NCBI GenBank assembly: GCA_044892525.1
Contig: CM097885.1
Coordinates: 217,496,001 to 217,560,000 of the forward strand
Length of the DNA: 64,000 bases
Origin: Schmidtea polychroa
Taxonomy: Eukaryota
Reading direction: 5' to 3'
In this document: piece by piece, positions 42,654-55,226 of the stretch
Layout: each line of letters begins with the position of its first letter
Position numbering within the stretch: position 1 is the stretch's first letter
Notes under the pieces: model-generated
What the model was told of the DNA's origin: nothing
Seen by the model: only the letters and a program-made list of their open reading frames with translations
The model's database searches: none
Translations under genes and position numbers: made by a program

Positions 42654-42878
42654 ACTCTAACTCAAACATTTGTGTTATTATATGTGGAAACTTTTATTGT
42701 ATGTACAAACTATCACCTTAAGTGATACTTGCTTGATCTTGCTTTGACCTTGATCTTACAATAAAAATTTTATCATTGTTGTATAATTTTCGTGTTCGTG
42801 TTATATTTTTTTTTGAATGAATGAATTAAGTTAATTATGCAATTGCGGGACGCAATTTTGATGGGTCCCCGAGTGATT

Positions 42879-45800
42879 TGTTGGGCTGAGTCGAAAATTT
42901 AATCGTTGAAAAATAAGAAAGTAGGGAAGTAGAACATTAAGAAAAATAAAAATAAAATAAATAAAATCAGAAATAAAATAGAATAAGGTATAAGGAAAAT
43001 AATAATTAAGACATAAGAATTAAAACAAAAAATAAAATTAAGAAAAGATTAAAATAGAACAAGTTGACAAATAAATAAAGAGGAATTCAAGAAATAATAA
43101 GGAAATTAAGGAAATAAATAGAAAAACATATTAAAAATAAAGAAAATAAGGAGAAAACAACCTAAAAACAAGAAAATTATATTAAATTAATAGAAATAAG
43201 CGGTACTCAACTCTGATTGGTCCGCACAAATAAGAATTTGATATATATACAACTACCAAAAACATTAAATTTACTGTTAACCCCGAGCATTTCATAGGTA
43301 AGAAAAAATGTTTACTGTTTTGACTGTTAACCCCGAGCATTTCATAGACATCTACAACTCACGGAGACTTATTTCAAGGATCAGCAATACAAGTAGAGCA
43401 ACAGTTAATTCGAAAAACTTCACAGCAATTCGAACTCAGTCACAGCAATCGACATTCGACGAATTATCATCAGACTAATTTGGAACGACTAACGTTAATT
43501 TTCCGATTCAGCCTAATTCCATAGTAAGGGATTTTTATTTATGATATTGTTTTTCGAAGTTAATAGTAAATATGTATATTTAATGAGTAATTAAACTTTT
43601 AAATTTAACCAGACTCTCTTTTCATTTGATCCTGAATAACGATTTTGATAAAGTAAATAATTTAAATGTTTAAAAGTATGTGTTGGTAACAGGTGAACTC
43701 TTACATAATTTTTATGGATATTTATTTTGAAGTGATAGTTTTATGATTTCTAATATTAACGAGTAACGTGGAGTTGAGATACTCCATGTCATGGTATGAG
43801 GTGCCTTCGGGAGCTCAGCCGGTGGACATGGAGTATTTCAATCACGCAGCTAGATTGGGCCGAAATGTGAAGGCTTCTTCACGGGTCCAATTGCTGAAGG
43901 ACTTAAAATCTGTCAGAGTACCGAAATATAGACCGAAAGGAAACCTTATGAAATTTTCGAAAATAGGATATGTGCTTCACAGCGACTGAGGGAGTTCTCA
44001 TATTAACTCTGTATTGTCCAGAGTCGTCTTACAAGACATTCATGCCACTTCTGTCTATAAATCCGAACTTACCATGTGGGGGAAAATACCATTAAACATC
44101 CATCGCTGGTTTTTCCAACATATCGAGAAGTTGAAATTGCATTCGGTAGACTTTTGAAAAAGTAAATCTAATTTAGGTCATCTCTTTCAGATGCGACATC
44201 CAAATCTTAGCATATGATGAGGAATTTACAATAAAGGAAAAGTAAAACATAAAACCACAATAATACTGTATTCAATCACATATATTAACAAAATCTGGTA
44301 ATACCCATTGAATAATTTTCATGCTGTTGCGTCGAAATATCCACTACTGAAATATGCTTCATAGAGTCTAGTTGGCTGGTTCGTAGAGATCTTCCATCGT
44401 TCAAAAGCATCCAATATTGAGGAAATTACGAGTCGTAGTAAATAAATCCAACATCATAAGCTCAGATGGGAATCGACACGCGATGTAACATTTGCAGTTC
44501 GCTCAGTACGGTTGATAGTTACAGATAAAATTTCCATCGAATAGGCACCCATACATACAGACATACTGCTAACATAACTATGAGTAGCGTCATCCGGTCA
44601 GAAATATGCATGAGAAACAGCAGAATCATTCCGAATGCCTCTCACCGCAGGGAATGCCGCCATGTGTCACCCTCTCTAGGATTCTTAGTGTGTGAGTAGT
44701 AATCAGTGGTCCTATTAGATAATGCTGACATGAGATGTGACTTCCAGATGACTGACTCTTAAATTTCACTACTGATAAAGGCCATTCGTACCACTAAAAA
44801 GATAAGCCAAATAACCAGTAACCGACTACTAAGATAAGGGACTCTCTAAAGTGCACTCATTAAAGATAATTTTGCTTAAATTAAATATTCTAATTAAAAA
44901 TCGAAATTGTTGAAGGGGTATTTTAATTAATAACCGAAAATTCAAACCAAACTTTATAACTAAACCATAGGAAGTTTTACCTAAGTGTTGTAGAGGTTTA
45001 TCGTAATTCTAATTAGATGTTACAAATAATAGTAGTAGCCTTCGAGCCAAATTTAAATTAACTAAAGTATCTACAGGAATTTTTGGGTTATAAAATAGCT
45101 AGTAATATTGTAGTTAAATTTCTCATATTCCCTGTAAATGACGTATTGTAATAGAAAACTAAATCCGATAACAAATTATTATGTAATTACAATATTTTTA
45201 CGATGCTATATTTCTACGACGATATCACCGTATGGTATGGATAAGGGGTAATCATAAAATAGTGACGTATAGTTTATACGAAATTACGAGTTGTTACTTA
45301 TTCCGCTACTTGAGGTAAGGGTGCAAGTTTTTACTAGTTGCATTTGGTCCAAAAACCTTATTTTGCATTAGAATAACAACAAATAATCAGCGAAATTTAA
45401 ACGAAGTGTCGTATAGTGTATTTGTAATGAAACAGGGTTATTCGCTCCGGTATGAATAAATCCGTAAATTGCCTTTATGTGCGATAGATAGAAATCCAAC
45501 TCGAACGCGATAGACGAAAATTAAAATTTTTACAAATAATTTGCATTCGTCAGGGAAGCAATCAGGGCGTTGGGGAATAATTTTCAGTAAAGGATACGTA
45601 AAATATTAGTAATCAAGGGTGAAGGGAGGGATCCTGTTTCATCGACTCGTCTTGTTTTCTTCCAGCACTAAGTATCCAATAGCGAATAAACCGTATATCT
45701 GATCCGAAATTTTTAGATATAGTCACCATAGTTTTCTTCTTTAGCCATCCATTATGTTATCAAACAACAAATCAGCTCTACGTCCCTGCTTCTCCTGCTC

Positions 45801-47040
45801 AGATAAAAATGCAGTGATTAAAGATCTTCAAGCCCAGATCGGTCGATATAAACGAAAAATCGACGAGCTGGAAGGGACATGGTTTAGTCCCGCTCGGATG
45901 AAGGAGATCCAAAAGAAGCTCGATCGTAGCGAGCATTGCCGGGACGCGCTAATATCTGAGAGCCGTGCCCAAAGAAGTCTAATCAGAGAACAATCCGAGG
46001 CACTGCATAAGGTTTACGTGCAGGCGGCTACAACCCGAAAAATTGTGCAGATTCCCATCCGAGAGGCCGATGACATCTTTCCGCCTCATCACAACCTTTC
46101 CTCGAATCCATCTCCACCGTTCAAGAGACCGTGCCGAGACTGCGTCGAAACCGAATTTTCCCCCAAGCGACCAGATGTTGTCGTCACGGGTACCAGTAAG
46201 CCCCCCAATGCTAGTCCATCTGTATCAGTCACCCTTCTGCAAGTGGCATCTTCAAGCAAACCCAAGCGCAAACAACTCTCTCGTGCGGAGCGCAAGAAGA
46301 GACAGCGCGAACGCGCCACTACCAAGCCAAACATCCCATCAATAGAGGACTCAACCAACGGTGGCAACTCTCACGTGTCCATCAACCTAACAACGGGACC
46401 CTCAGCGCGAATCATATCAGCCGCTGGCGTAACGTGGGAAGAGAACGCTTCCGAGTTTTTTAACCTCGACGAATTATTCGCCGACGCTGAATGGGAGAAA
46501 CAATAAAACCCCAGTGGCGGTCAGGATGAAGAACAAGGATCCGATCTATGTTGATTATGATGTTTTCTCTTCTTTCGACAAACATTAGTAAAGTGTACAG
46601 CTGAATCCTTGTGTCATAACGTTGAAATTAATAAATCTTGTTGTCTTACACGTTTTCGCTCATGAATAACTAGACTTTAATTAAGTGGGTTGAGTAGAGA
46701 ACCCGCCAGATCTAGTGAGAAATTCCCAATTTGTATTCAGCGAATCCTGATAAGTGGTTGTGTAAGGAAATGGACGTAAGCCCTTCTAACGGCAGTCGTG
46801 AATGGGAAGTCGAGGCCTCAGCAAGGAGTAGTTTTAAGGCAGAAGCTCACCTGCTTGCTGGCGTCTCGCCTGCATAGTGCAGTACCAACGTGAAGTGATT
46901 CACGGGCACTATGTTGGAAGAAAGTTATGTGGGGTTTCACTCCAGGTTGACAAATCGGTGGCACCTTTTATTCGAGATGGACAATCAACCCTTAGACCCG
47001 TCAACATGGTAGAGTGGTCAGCCGAGGTGTAACCCCAACA
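42879..47040 (+). repeat. 3' LTR (4,162 bp)
   Basis: Matches the 5' LTR; ends CCCCAACA followed by TSD CCCG. Confidence 0.97.
45754..46506 (+). CDS. 3' LTR copy of the 250-aa LTR protein
   Basis: Identical to 19467-20219 except one D>N change. Confidence 0.8.
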   Translation: MLSNNKSALRPCFSCSDKNAVIKDLQAQIGRYKRKIDELEGTWFSPARMKEIQKKLDRSEHCRDALISESRAQRSLIREQSEALHKVYVQAATTRKIVQIPIREADDIFPPHHNLSSNPSPPFKRPCRDCVETEFSPKRPDVVVTGTSKPPNASPSVSVTLLQVASSSKPKRKQLSRAERKKRQRERATTKPNIPSIEDSTNGGNSHVSINLTTGPSARIISAAGVTWEENASEFFNLDELFADAEWEKQ

Positions 47041-48339
47041 CCCGTAATAGTTAAGGGTTGTGGACCAACAACGAAAAAGTGCATATGTGCAGGGTTGCCT
47101 GGGTTCTCGCTTTAAAATCAATGATAACCGACGACCTCACTCAAACCTACACCTCTATAGTTAAATGTAAAAAATGAAAACGAGGTTTAAATAATAATAA
47201 TTTATAATTCACAAGGAAACGTCCTTACTGACACATTTCGTCTCCTTCCTAACTTTGGGTTTAGAAATCAGTTCATGTCCAAACAAGTACTTTATTTGGT
47301 ATTATTTGGTGTATAATCATAGATTTTAGTTTGACTAGGTGCGCTTTTTATTCTATGTATTTCCGACTCATTAAAACAGCTCTCAAATTTAACAAGTAGA
47401 AAAAATGAAATTCTGGTTAGTATTATACTAATATGTGATGTCAACCCACGCATTCTCTGTCACTTTGACATCAGCCTAAATTGGTATTTGGTATTTAATT
47501 GATTGGTTTTAATCAATCAAATTATTTAATAATTTTATTTTTATTTTGTTATTATTTTGCGCGATTTTCATGGGAATTTTTGTGTTAATTATAAATTTAT
47601 TATAAATTTTTCATAAATGCCGCACTTTTTATCATAGCTCCTTCATAAATAAATTCGAGCAATAACATTCGTAATTTATTTGATTATGGTACTTCGGATT
47701 TAAATACGACCAATGAGGGTAGGCCCATCACCACATTCACCCTCAATAAGTATTACAGAACGAGGCTAAGAGTTATAGAATTAACGTATGTGTCGAAGAA
47801 AAGCAATAGATGGGGGTTCAAGAAGATCAGTCAATATCAATACAAGTCAGATGCAACCAATTCAATCAAGTCGAACTAAATCCAACCTATCCCATACGAA
47901 CTATATTTATGTGATATATCTATGACTATTTTATTGACAATTTCTGTTTTATTTTTATGACAATTGACTATTTTATTTCTCTATTCGGTGTGTATTGTAT
48001 TGATTAACTCTTATTGTATATATTGATCATTCTTTATGATTTTACTCTTTAATATAATGTACAGATATGGTTTGTGGTATTATTAAAAAATTATTACAAA
48101 TGTAACATTTTAACAAAAAAAGGGATTAAATAAAATTATAAAATATTAATTATAAAATTATTATAAAAAATAGAATTATTATAAAATATTAATTATTATA
48201 TTAATTAAAAAGATTGATAGTATAATATTTAGAAATATAATATTCCGTGCGTATAACCCGGAAATTAATATATTTTAAATTAAAAGACATCTGCTATAAG
48301 AAATAGCATAAATTAATATAATATAATAATAACATCTGC

Positions 48340-48498
48340 NNNNNNNNNNNNNNNNNNNNNNNNNNNNNNNNNNNNNNNNNNNNNNNNNNNNNNNNNNNNN
48401 NNNNNNNNNNNNNNNNNNNNNNNNNNNNNNNNNNNNNNNNNNNNNNNNNNNNNNNNNNNNNNNNNNNNNNNNNNNNNNNNNNNNNNNNNNNNNNNNNN
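48340..48498. other. Assembly gap (N run)
   Basis: Run of N. Confidence 0.99.
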
Positions 48499-48946
48499 AT
48501 AAGCCGGAAATTAAAATATCTTTATTTATTAATTCTGGGAATGGTATAAATACCCCAACAATAATCATAAAATTCGCCAAAAATTAGCGGTTAATAATTC
48601 TAAAGGGCCATCCTAAAGAATATTTAAAACCCCAGACGGATCAAAAAGTCTCACAGAATTTCTTTTTATAATAACGCAGTAATTTAATACAAAGCATTCA
48701 CTACACAACATAGTAACAAAACAAATTGATTTGCACTCATTGTAACTGAAAAAAAGTGAATAATTTTTCGATAATTGTAATTGGAATTTGCATCACTTAT
48801 TTTAGGTAATTTTTATTGTTAATAAACATTTATATCAAAACTTGTTTTTTATTTTTGTATTTATATAAGAACCAGATAAGTTGAGTGTTTCAAATATCGA
48901 GACCTCAACAAAATGCAAAACTTTTTATTACTAAATATTATTACCC

Positions 48947-49534
48947 TAACATTAACACAATTTGGTGACAATTTAACAACGAGCTGTTTACTTCTATTTA
49001 ACCCTTTCAATACTGTAGGGCAGTGGTTCTCAATTAATATAAAATCGCGGAACACCATTCACATGATTTTTTTTACGCGGAACACTAACAAAAAAATACT
49101 TCCCCACAATAAGTGACAAATCACAAATTACTATAAATCTGTTGTAAGCGTAAACAATGCCTTCTTCTATGCAAAGAAAATACCACGCGCAACAAAAACA
49201 ATCAATAAAAACACTTTTATATTTGTATGTTTATATATCTGTGTAACGGCTTTCTTATTGAATTATCTTATAAAAAAGTTAATTGAGGTTTTTGATGATA
49301 TGTATCTTAAATGCAAATTTAAAGATAAAATGTCATTTTTTTCGCGGAACATGGGTTGAAAACCACTGCTGCAAGGAGATATTGTCCCAGAGAATATTAT
49401 AGTCTATCTTAGTACTGTACGGTAAACAAGTCCAAACCTGTCTGCATTTTTTACTTTTCTATAAAATTTTGTCAGTCTAAATGTTTCTTACAAACACTAG
49501 ACACGTGTGCTATAAATATTACATGAATTATTAA
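48947..49534 (+). repeat. ~590-bp segment directly repeated at 54749-55226 plus 59384-59464 (second copy split by the solo LTR)
   Basis: Colinear near-identical sequence. This copy contains the uninterrupted ta-CTTT-tctata site. Confidence 0.9.
49021..49368. mobile_element. hAT-type MITE (second copy 54818-55161)
   Basis: TIRs CAGTGGTTCTCAA / TTGAAAACCACTG. Degenerate 8-bp flanks ctgtaggg / ctgcaagg. Confidence 0.75.
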
Positions 49535-50989
49535 GTTGTAAGTAATTATTTGTAAATACTTAGTAGCTGATAATTGGTACTTGGTATCTGTCTGTAGATA
49601 CTTATTTGTTAGTACTTGGTACCTAGTTGTTGGTATCTAGCTGTAAGTAATTGGTTGATAGGGCTTAGTAATTAGTTCTTAGTTGGTAGTGTGTAGTTGT
49701 TAGTACACGATTGTAATTACCTAGTAGTTGCAAGCTAGTTATTGATATTTGATTGTTGAATTATTATTAGCAACAATTTGCATTTAAATTTGTCTTTAAA
49801 AATTATTTCATAAAAATTTCATAAAATTTCTCAGTGGCTGATAGTTTTTCAAATATCTGACAATAAATTTTAAAATATTGATCTTTATTGATATTTAAAT
49901 TACTTATTTTAAATTATTACATTACATTAATTTATAAATTTTTCTTTAGTTATTCAAAATCTATTACTTAATTTTAAAATATAGCCATTGATTTACTTAA
50001 TTTAAAAATATAGCCCATCAGTTATTTAATTTTAAAATATAATCCTTAATTTAGTTAATTAAGAAATTTTCACATGATTATCTATTATTCAAAATATTGA
50101 ACCGTAAATTTTAGAAAATACTGGTACTTTAAATTATTATGGCTTTATTAGCAATAGTCAGATTTTGTATTGAAAATTATTTCATAAAATTTAATTCAAA
50201 AAAATTTGCACTTAAAATTGTCATTTCTCAGCGATTGTTAGTTTTTCTAAATATCTGACAATAAATTTTAGATTATTACTTTAATTTAAAATATTACATT
50301 AATTTAGGTTATTTCAAAATTTTAGACCTTAATTTACCCATTTACCTTAAATTTACTTAATTTAAAATTTTAGACCCATGATTAGTTAATTTAAATTTAA
50401 CCTTTAATTTCACGTGATAATTAATCAAATATCTAACAATTAATTCTGTTTACAAAATATCCTGGGAACTTAAAACAATCTTGACTTTTTTAACCTGGAT
50501 CGGATTTTGTCTTGAAAATCACAGGACCAAAAAATATATAGGGCAAAAAGACCTTCTCACTATTGGCAGAAAAAGGCTTGGCTTTTTTAGTGTAGACTGA
50601 TATTTGTATTGAAAATATCCAGGATCCATCGAGACCTCACTATAGCCAGAAAAAAATATGACGTAATTGCTGTTACTCGCAACTCTTTTTCCTACGGGGG
50701 CAAGGTTCACTGGATGGTCGTGCGGCAGAACTCCACTAACCACCTATATACAATTGCATATTGAGTACAAGTGAGAAATATTAAAATAATAATAACAAAA
50801 CTAAAAAACGACAAATAACTGACAAAATTATAAAAGAAATAAATTATAAATATTTATTAGCCAAATTAATAAAAATAGAATTATTTTTAATTTCAAGTAA
50901 TTGATACTTTTATATTTGTTAGAAGAGCACAGTTTATTGAAAATACAATTGCATCATGAAATTTACAAAATAGAGAATTATTTTCAATT

Positions 50990-52258
50990 TCAACAGTTTA
51001 TCTTCTCATATATTTGAACATAATTATTCTTTTCCACTCCTGCTAAAACATGACTAAAGTCTGATTTACTGATATTCTCATCATTTGTACTGTACCACTG
51101 GCCATCACTCTTGACATAGGCAAAATAGTGACCCATATTTGTATGGCCCGTATGACAAATGATTGATATCAAATCATATTTCACCTGTTCTTCAACATTT
51201 TCAGATGGAAGTTCTATATTTGTTTTCACATCGACGATTTTATCAATCTTGCATGGCCGATAGGATTCATCACAGGAAAACCTTTTAATACACGTTATTA
51301 AGTATTTCGGATGGTGAATTATTTTCGCTTTCGATTGAGCCGTTCCGTTTTTCATTCCGCAATTTTCACAATTGTAGAATTCTATTTTCTGCACCAACGA
51401 ATTGGTTAGCATCGTTTCGAAATCGTCACAGATTTCTAACAGCAAGCCAAAGTCTTTGGCAATTACGGGATTTTCATTGTTAGATTTCTGACAATTGTCA
51501 CAAAATGCTCGATTGTCGTATGTGATTTGGTAATTGGAGTTGATGATGTTTTCGATCTTATCATTCTCTATTGTTTCTTGAAATTCTTCCGCTAATTTAT
51601 CAATGAATGAATTTAAAAATTCGTGTGAATCTTCTTGTTCATTCATTGCAAAAATAGATCCGTAATATTTAATATCTGTGTGAGAATTCAAGTGATCCAC
51701 TATTGAAAACTGTGACCTATTAACATAGGAGTGTTGATAGGAATGAAGAAGTTTCCAAGCATTCTTCTTTTGTAACTGTTCCTTGTCTAAGTGATTTATG
51801 ATGGAAGCATCAAATGTAGGTAATAAACCTTGCAAAGCGGAATTCATATAACAGTTATTATTAAAATTAAGCATTGGAATTGGCCCAGTCAAGTCAATGG
51901 AAATCTTTTGATTTCTAAATTTGAATCTTGAATTAAAGAAAGTATCAAAACTATCTACACCAAGGAGTTTACAAGCGCCACTGAATAAATATGGTAATAT
52001 TCTTTTCCCGAAAAGATGAGGATTATCCATCTTATTCTTCCCATTGGATTCCAAATTCGGACTCCTTAGAAATGAGTTTCTATATTTATTTATAGCTTCT
52101 TTGGATAAGTTTGAATGCATTGGAATTGGCTCATCAACGCCAATGGGTTTATAATTGTCACTCAATAAATATGCTAATCTTTTTTCCCTGAAAAGATCAA
52201 CTCTATCCTCGTCAAATAATTCATCATTGTTCAAAGGGTTTGTAGATTCGCTATTCAT
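50990..52258 (-). CDS. Intronless ubiquitin-specific protease (peptidase C19), 422 aa
   Basis: Cys box LNFNNNCYMNSALQ, QEDSHEFL, two CxxC, His box YDLISIICHTG...GHYFAY...WYSTND. Catalytic residues intact. Confidence 0.92.
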   Translation of the reverse strand: MNSESTNPLNNDELFDEDRVDLFREKRLAYLLSDNYKPIGVDEPIPMHSNLSKEAINKYRNSFLRSPNLESNGKNKMDNPHLFGKRILPYLFSGACKLLGVDSFDTFFNSRFKFRNQKISIDLTGPIPMLNFNNNCYMNSALQGLLPTFDASIINHLDKEQLQKKNAWKLLHSYQHSYVNRSQFSIVDHLNSHTDIKYYGSIFAMNEQEDSHEFLNSFIDKLAEEFQETIENDKIENIINSNYQITYDNRAFCDNCQKSNNENPVIAKDFGLLLEICDDFETMLTNSLVQKIEFYNCENCGMKNGTAQSKAKIIHHPKYLITCIKRFSCDESYRPCKIDKIVDVKTNIELPSENVEEQVKYDLISIICHTGHTNMGHYFAYVKSDGQWYSTNDENISKSDFSHVLAGVEKNNYVQIYEKINC

Positions 52259-52460
52259 TTTAAATATTTGTTTGGTTTTGGTATTAGCTTATGAAACTAT
52301 TTATATTATTATATAATACTTATATTCAAACAATTAAATAAAGTTTTTATTTTTTAAATATTATTAAATTGTTTTAAAATTTAATAATTTATTTTATAAT
52401 TTTCACTAGTTTTTAAAATTTATAAAAATTGTAACTTTTGTGTTATTTAAAATATTTAGG

Positions 52461-54745
52461 TTATTATAAATATGATAATATTATATATTCAAATAAAATA
52501 AAATAAAGATTTTTAATTTAATATTGTTTTAAATTTATATATAAGTTTATATAATGTGTAAATACTTTTCCACTGAAAATATTTTTAAATTTATTGTAAA
52601 TTTTAAGTGTAAGTGTTTCAATTTTTATAAAATTATAATTATAAAATTATTGATATATAAATTGAAATGAATTAAAATTTTTAATTTAATATTATTTAAA
52701 GACTTAAGTTTGCAGAAAATCTCTAATTTAGTAAAATATTTCAAAATTAGATTATCATAAATATAATAATATTATATATTCAATTAAAATAAAATAAAGA
52801 CTTTAAATCAATATTATTTTAAATTTATATGACTTTATATAGTGTGAAAATACTTAACTAATATTGCCAATTATTGCTCTTCCACATTAAAATATTTTTA
52901 AATTTATTGTTAAGTGTAAGTGTTTATATTTTTATAAAATTATTGATTTATAAATTGAAATGAATTAAAAATTTTAATTTAATATTATTTAAATAATTGT
53001 TGGAGCAGATTTTCAGAAAAGAATTGGTTGAGAAAGAAACGAAAAGACGTTATTCGAATATTTAAATAAAGTTGTCGAAGAAGGTCAAAGAAAACGACCA
53101 AATCAAAGTCCCAGTCGATAAACCAATCAGTTGTTAGTGATCTTTCAATCCGGTGTTGTACACGAATGCTATTCCTCACTGAGTGTTGCAATAAGGATTG
53201 TATAGTCACCGAGAAGAGTGTTGAATTAATTGTCACTGTAAAGTGGAAATTATTTGTGATTATCAATAAAGATTTCTCTTGTCAAGTGTTAAATTGTAGA
53301 TCAGTCAAAGACACGCTTGGAGTCAGAGTAAGAATTTTAACTTTACAAATATTATCACCAACCCAATAACCCAACATATTTTGATGAACTTGACTTGATC
53401 TAGGGTTGTTGAAAATAGAAGTGAAAAGAAAAATTGTGAAAATAAATGCTACATTACGAGACAGAAGGATGAAAATTGTATCCTAAATGGTATCTAAAAT
53501 ATTTAGGTTATTAATATAAGATTATATATTAAAATAAAATAAAATAAAATAAAAATTTTAATTCAATATCATTTTAAATTTATATATGACTTTATATAGG
53601 GGGTCATTTCATAATTACGTCACGCTTGAAGGTGGGTGGGTGGGTTCCTTCAAAACGTGACGAAATTGGTGGGTGAGTTGAACTGAACGTTACATCACGC
53701 TAGTTGTATTTATTAGTTTATATTTTAATATAAATAAATCATTAAATTAGAATATTAAATAAAAATATTAAAGAAAACCTTTTAATATTGGATGACTATA
53801 GACATGTTCAAGAAAAGTAAAGTTAACAAAATGCCAGATCTATACCAAGATCTAGTGAATACGTACGCTCTTGCACATTCCTTCTTCTTCTTCAAGATAT
53901 TCACCCGGATGTTATGAATCAAAACAAACTCAGACAGCCATACTCATTTGATCTGTATTGTCCATCAATCTCCATTGTGGATTTGGAAAAGTGACAATGT
54001 CAAGTCTGTGGCATGAATTTTTCAACTAAAAACGAATGTCACATTAATCTTTACTGAAGTAGTTGAAGAAGTCGCAGACACCAGCGACAGTTCAGAGAAA
54101 CACGTCTGTTCACCCGCTTGTGTGAACCGGAAACCGCTGTTTGAACTGTTTGGATCTTTTTTAGTTTTACCTACGGAACAACGTGGTAATTCTTCATGGA
54201 TTCCTGACCTCGAAGAACCAGTTGATTAAATTAATTTTACTTGGTCCACTGTTATGATTTTTTAAACATTTTAAAACGGATTCTTGCTTAATTTAAGCAT
54301 CTTAATTAGAGTGCTTGAAACAATTTTAAAATCCTTATATAAATTTCATTTTACTTTTTGTTTAAAGCATTAAATTGTTTTCAAACTGTTACAACTGTCT
54401 GCAAATTTGTAATTGGCATTGCATTAGTGTACCATTGGGCTACCCCCATTTCGTGAACAATAAAATGACGTCACGATTGGGGGTGGGTCTATGGAAATGT
54501 GACCAAGCGTGACATCCTTTTTGGCGTGACGTAATTATGCAATGACCCCTAGTGTAAAAATATTTAGCAAATATTGGCAATTATTGCCCTTCCACATTAA
54601 AATATTTTAAAATTTGTTGTGAATTTTAAGTTTAAGTGTTTAAATTTTTATAAAACTATTGATTTATAAATTCAAATGAATTTTTAATTTAATAGTATTT
54701 AAAAACTTTAGTTGTAAAAAATCTCTAATTTGTAAAATTTTTCAA
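52461..54745 (+). repeat. ~290-bp AT-rich tandem/dispersed repeat x3 upstream of the USP gene (third copy split by a TIR element)
   Basis: Units at ~52461, ~52751 and ~53501-53599 plus 54550-54745. Confidence 0.75.
53600..54549. mobile_element. 950-bp non-autonomous TIR element, probably PIF/Harbinger
   Basis: 26-bp TIRs GGGGTCATT(T/G)CATAATTACGTCACGC. The 3-bp TSD TAG is confirmed by the empty paralogous site gactttataTAGtgtg at ~52831-52846. Decayed HNI-like remnant on the minus strand. Confidence 0.75.
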
Positions 54746-55226
54746 AGTTAACATTAACACAATGACAATTTAACAACGAGCTGATTATATCTTTTTAACC
54801 CTTTCAATACTGTAGGGCAGTGGTTCTGAATTAATATAAAATCGCGGAACACCATTCACATGATTTTTTTTACGCGGAACACTGACAAAAAAATACTTCC
54901 CCACGATAAGTGACAAATCACAAATTACTATAAATCTGTCGTAAGCGTAAATGCCTTCTTATATGCAAAGAAAATACCACGCGCAACAATAACAATCAAT
55001 AAAAACACTTTTATATTTGTATGTTTATATATCTGTGTAACGGCTTTCTTATTGATTCATCTTATAAAAACTTAATTGAGGTTTTTGATGATATGTATCT
55101 TAAATGCAAATTTAAAGATAAAATGTCATTTTTTTCGCGGAACATGGGTTGAAAACCACTGAATTTTATAGTCTATCTTAGTACTGTACGGTAAACAAGT
55201 CCAAACCTGTCTGCATTTTTTACTTT

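Larger units (their letters stand above)
16592..47040 (+). mobile_element. Intact giant (30,449 bp) env-bearing Ty3/Gypsy LTR retroelement, Burro-like
   Basis: Paired 4,162-bp LTRs (offset 26,287) with TGTTGGG...CCCAACA ends. TSD CCCG at 16588-16591 and 47041-47044. PBS present. Uninterrupted gag-env-PR-RT-RH-IN ORF in Gypsy domain order. Confidence 0.97.

Noticed and set aside
50990-52258. USP as additional ubiquitin cargo of the giant element
   Set aside because: It lies ~4 kb outside the 3' LTR and TSD, on the opposite strand.
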